Shown: in pieces, positions 31,854 to 34,086 of the stretch
Layout of the letters: each line of letters opens with the position of its first letter
Position numbering within the stretch: position 1 is the first letter of the stretch
The notes under the pieces: generated by a model
Told to the model about the DNA's origin: nothing
Seen by the model: the letters and a program-made list of their open reading frames with translations, nothing else
The model's database searches: none
Assembly: GCF_004010195.1 (NCBI RefSeq)
Contig: NW_025215196.1
Coordinates: 36,143 to 70,228 of the forward strand
Length of the DNA: 34,086 nucleotides
Origin: Chiloscyllium plagiosum
Lineage: Eukaryota
Reading direction: 5' to 3'
Translations under genes and position numbers: made by a program

Positions 31854-34086
31854 TGGTCAATGATACTCCCAGGATATTGATAGTGAAGGTGTTTAGTGAT
31901 GATGATGATGCTGAATACAAAGTAGTTATATTGTTTCTTATTGATGACAGTCATTGTCTGAATTTACGTGGCGCAAATGTTATTTGTCACTTGCCAGCCC
32001 AAGCCTGGATATTGCCCAGATATTGTTTCTTTTGGCATGGACTGCTTCCGTATCTGAGCATTTGTGAATGATGCTGAACATTGTGCAGTTATCATCGAAT
32101 ATCCCCACTTCTGACCTTATGATGGAAGGATGGTCATTGATGAAGCAGCTGAAGATGTTTGGACCTAGGGCATTATGCTAATGGACTATTGCAGAGATGT
32201 TCTAGAGCTGAGATGACTGACCTCCAACAACAATGACCATCTTCCTATCTGTCAGGTATGACTCCAATAATGGAGTGTTGGCCCGCGATACCGTTTGTGC
32301 TTGGAGTCATTGGTGTCACATTTGGCAGAATGCAGCCTTGATGTCAAGGGCTGCAATTCAGTTCCTTTTTCTATGTGTGAACCAAGGCTGTGATGAGGTC
32401 AGGAGCTGAGTGACCCTGGCAAAACCCAAACTGGGCCTCACTGAGCAGGTTAGTTTTGAGCAGGTGCTGCTTGATAGCAATGCTGATGATACCTTCCATC
32501 ATTTTACTGATGATGGAGAGTAGACTGATTCGGCAGTATTTGGGCGGGTCGAATTTGTCCTGAGTTTTATGTACAGAACATAGTTGAGCAGTTTTTCCCC
32601 ATTGTCGGTTTTTTTAAACATACTGGAACAGCTTGGCTAGGGGAGCGGGATGTTCTGGAGTACAAGTCTTCAGGGCTATTGCCAGCATGTTATCAGGGCC
32701 CATATCTTTTGCAGTATCCAGTACCTTCAACTGTTTCTCGATATCAGTTAATCGAATTTGCTGAAGACTGCTATCTGTAATGCTGTGGACCACGGAAGGA
32801 GGCCGAAATGGATCATCCACTCAAAACGTCTGACTGAAGATTGCAACGAAAGCTTCAGCCTTATATTTTGCACTGATGTGCTGGGCTCTTCCATCATTGA
32901 GGTTGGGGATATTTATGGAGCCTCCTACTCTGGTGAGTTGTTTAATCATCCGCTACCATTCACGAACGGATTAATTCTGATGCATTGGTTCTGTGATCGC
33001 TAAGCTCTGTCTGTCCCTTGCTGTTTATGCTATCTGGCACACACGTATTTCTGTTTAGAAGGTTCAGCAGATGAACATTTTATCTTTATATATTCCTGGT
33101 TCTGCTCCTAGCATGCCCTCCTGCATTCTCCATTGAACCAGGGTTAATCCTCTGGATTGATGTTAATGGTTTAGTGGGGGACATGCTAGGCCGTGACATT
33201 ACAGATTGTGCTGGAGTATAGTTCTGCTGCTATTGATGGTCCACGGTGTCTTATGGACGCTCAATCTTGAGTAGCTAGATCTGCTAAAAGTCTGTGCCAT
33301 TTAGCATGGTGATAGTACCACACAACACAATAGAGTTTATGGAGACAATAGATTTGTCTCCACAAGGAGAGCGCGGTGGTCACTTTTACCGATACTGTCA
33401 TGGACAGATACATCTGCAGTTGGTAGATTGGTAAGGATGAGGTCAGTTTTTTTTTACCCTCTCGTTCATTCCCTCATCACCTTCTGCAGACCCAATCCAG
33501 TAGCTATATCCTGAGGAGCCGACCAGCATGATCAGTAGTACTGCTGCCAAACCACTCTTGACAGTCGGCGTTGAAATCCCCCAGCCAGAATACACTTTGT
33601 CCCTTTGCCACAGTTATTGCTTTCTCCAAGTGTTGTTTAACATGGAGGAGGACTGATTCAGCTGAGGAACGACGCTACGTGGTAATCAGGAAGAGACTCC
33701 TTTGTCCATGTTTAATTTCTGTTATTTCCATAAGGTATGATTCTGTGAGTATGGCAATGTCAGGCTGTTGCTTAACTAGTCTGTAAGGCAGTTGTTCCAA
33801 TGTTGGCGCCAGACCTCAGATGTTAGTAAGGAAGACTTTGCAGGTTCCGCAGTGATGTTTCTAATGTTGACTTTTCCGACGCCCATTTCGATGCCAGGTG
33901 GTCCATCCGGTTTCATTTGGTAAAAACTTTGTAGCGATTGGTACAACTGAATGACTCATTAGACCGTTTCAGAGGGCGATTGGGAGTCAATGACATTGCT
34001 TTAGGTCGAGAGTTGCATGTCAACCAGACCAGGTGAGGATGGAAGATTCATTAGTTGCAGGATATTGGTGAAACAGATGGATTTTT

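Larger units (their letters stand above)
31080..34086 (-). mobile_element. Long decayed LINE (CR1/L2-group; endonuclease, RT, 3' end) running off the window end
   Basis: LDTAKDMGPDNMLAIALKTCTPEHPAPLAKLFQ. RT motifs lie near 32080-32200, endonuclease-like sequence near 33350-33800 and the 3' end at ~31080. Interrupted by a gap and a SINE. Confidence 0.8.

Noticed and set aside
31236..32071. Several long ORFs
   Set aside because: They span the 250-N assembly gap.

Overview
Eukaryotic, repeat-saturated DNA with no recognisable host gene. The repeat families (HE1-like V-SINE, CR1, Rex1/Babar, Penelope-like elements) point to a cartilaginous fish, probably a shark; this is an inference. The first 6 kb is a retroelement nest. 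A class I ERV (env TM, PPT, 3' LTR, + strand) abuts a second, internally deleted ERV on the - strand (pro-RT joined to an env-like remnant). That ERV is fused head-to-head to a Gypsy element with integrase upstream of RT (Gmr1-like order). The rest is decayed CR1, Rex1 and other LINEs, SINEs and many Penelope-like element (PLE) pieces. Two signals stand out. First, minimal hammerhead-ribozyme motifs (CTGANGA-helix II-GAAACGTH) recur at PLE ends, several inside ~200-bp fold-back elements, one flanked by a 15-bp duplication. Second, a ~26-copy 42-bp minisatellite has been amplified in place from the RT motif GCVLSPLLYSLYTH of a Rex1 LINE. Assembly gaps lie at 4458-4474 and 31498-31747. Boundaries of decayed repeats are approximate and family names come from motif recognition, not database searches.
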